From positions 42,966,001 to 43,030,000 of the forward strand of contig CM059430.1 in NCBI GenBank assembly GCA_030390025.1: a DNA stretch of 64,000 nt, written 5' to 3'. Origin of the DNA: Squalus acanthias (taxonomy: Eukaryota). A program made the position numbers and the translations under genes. The number at the start of each line of letters is the position of its first letter. Position 1 is the first letter of the stretch. This document shows positions 62,073 through 64,000 of the stretch, in pieces. The notes under the pieces were generated by a model. It saw nothing but the letters and a program-made list of their open reading frames with translations, made no database searches and was not told the origin of the DNA.

Positions 62073-62388
62073 CCTTTGATGTAGTTTTTCAAGCAGCGTG
62101 ACAAAACTTTATTCTCCCCACCTATTGTTTTAACTTTGTTAAGCAGATGCTTAGTTGTGGTGACGTAGACGCAAAATGCATATACTCCAGCTTTGATCTT
62201 GATATGTATCCTATTAAAGTTAGTTTGTTTGGTACAAATGGGTTTTTTTTTAATTGAGCTGGTGTTCCTTACGCTGCAGGAACCCAGTAAGCGTAGGCTG
62301 AGAGTGGGCAGTACAGTTCAGGATCGAGTTAATTCTTTGTTAATAATGGACTTCAAACGGTTGTAGGGTCACCACTTTACATCAAAGG
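62073..62388. promoter_or_regulatory. Cluster of TCF/LEF consensus sites upstream of irx3
   Basis: CCTTTGATG 62073-62081, CTTTGATC 62191-62198, CATCAAAGG 62380-62388. Confidence 0.55.
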
Positions 62389-64000
62389 GAACTAACGCAA
62401 ATTTAAAACAAAAAAAAACCCCAGCACAAACCCAGAAGCTGGCAGTCCTGTGGTTACACTGGTAAATAAGTGGTGTGAAATGCACAAACACCAGCACCTT
62501 CATACCAAACTCATTATCACTTTTTGTCCTGTCCCTAAACTGTAATTAGCAAATTTATGACCCCACGGTGTTTATTCCCTGTTCCTTGCTACTCTGCGGT
62601 GTTCAGAAACGATAGGTCTGCATGATAAAGCTAAATACGAGGTTGTAATAAATGCGGATTAGAGTGAAGCAAGTCCCTGGATTGAAATTCTCCGAATCAA
62701 TATATTAAATCTGTATGTACCACATCTAATCGCTTTATGGCTCATCTTTCTGGTATTTGATGTCAGATAATCGCCCACCCATTGTTTGAAGAATAAAGTC
62801 ATTTTTAGATTTTATTTTTCCGGTCTTGTTAGGTGACGGTAGGTGATAAGTTCGTGTATTGAATTTAGTGGAAATACAAATTAGAAATCGAATTATTGAC
62901 TGATTTCTGAGAAAGGTGTTGAAAATAAGACATTCATTTTGTTATTTAATCGGTTCGTGCATTTAAGCAGAAAGAATACAAAAAGTAACTCAGTGATCTG
63001 TACTCATAAATTTTAAATAGCAGTCCAGTGCTGCCCTGAGCTTTCGATTATGCGACTTCGGGTATGAGGAATTCACTGCGTTGCGACTTTGCGCACACTC
63101 TAGGACCCTGTTGCCTGCATAGTTTAAAAAACTGCTTCATTAAACTCAAATCATTCATTTTATACGGACTTAATTCTGTTTTCTGTGTAGGGGAGGGTTC
63201 TCGAAGGGATCCGTGTCTAGCGATTTTGCAAGGACAAACCCCCATCTACATCTCTGGTTATAGATCGGCATTGCAGCACATTGGAAAGCTGTTTGCTATT
63301 TAAGTTTGATCTGAGCTGAGCTTGGGGCGGAATCAGCCTCAGTCCAGTTTCTGAACAGACTATTCGCAGGGAGGAGGGGAAAAAAGGGATTATTAGCTTA
63401 TTAATTACCTCAAATACACTGCCATGTGTCATGTAGACAGAATTTTAATCATCTTGGAAAAATTCAATATTGTGTGTCTGCGCGTTTAGAAGGCTGTTTC
63501 AGGAAACTCTCCACTCGCACATGTGGGGGGGAAAGGCAGAAATCAAATCAGCGCAAAGTGGTACAAAAGAATAGAAATGTGTCCGTAAAAGGAATGAGAA
63601 AGTAGTGATGAAGAGTAAAGTGTCAAGAAAATGGATAGACGGCATTGAACACATTTTTGAAAAAGGTAAAAGATTAAACACTGTTAGAGGAATTGAAGAA
63701 CGTGGAGGTTGAAAGGAAAGGAGGGAAAGTAAGAATGAAAAGCCAAGAACACAGGCTGAAAATATGATAATCTAAAGCAAAGAGAACTAGAGAAGCAGAC
63801 TAAGGACAAGAAAGAAACAGATTGAAAGACTGAGATAAAAGAGAGCAGATCACAAGCCAAGAACAGAAAAGACGAGAATAGGAGACACGGAGAGAAGACG
63901 TTAAAAAGTCATTTCAAGCAAATGTGTGAAGAATTTGTGAGCAGAAGCACGGAGCACTAAATCTGGGAAACGGGAAGGACTGGGAAAGTGAAACAATGGG

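Overview
Eukaryotic, AT-rich vertebrate DNA. The repeat repertoire (many CR1 LINE subfamilies, SacSINE1-type Deu-SINEs, Penelope elements) points to a cartilaginous fish (inference). The only host gene I can support is a 4-exon Iroquois homeobox gene, irx3, on the minus strand (CDS 58771-61514, 450 aa after splicing). It sits in a repeat-free, CpG-retaining domain (~52.7-64 kb). The rest is the gene desert 3' of irx3 (the FTO side in other vertebrates), where putative conserved enhancers alternate with nested transposons. These include: at least ten CR1 fragments; a young 5'-truncated Penelope-like element (RT thumb + GIY-YIG) with a 7-bp TSD; a 229-bp hammerhead-ribozyme mini-element of the same family with a 49-bp inverted arm and 12-bp TSD; a palindromic double-hammerhead relic of a second Penelope family; a decayed two-gene Harbinger transposon (DDE transposase + Myb/SANT); related MITEs with 3-bp non-TWA TSDs; RTE and L2 fragments; and three SINE families, one resembling LF-SINE. 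No prokaryotic systems or CRISPR arrays are present. Family names and cross-species similarities come from recalled consensus motifs, not searches, and many repeat boundaries are approximate.
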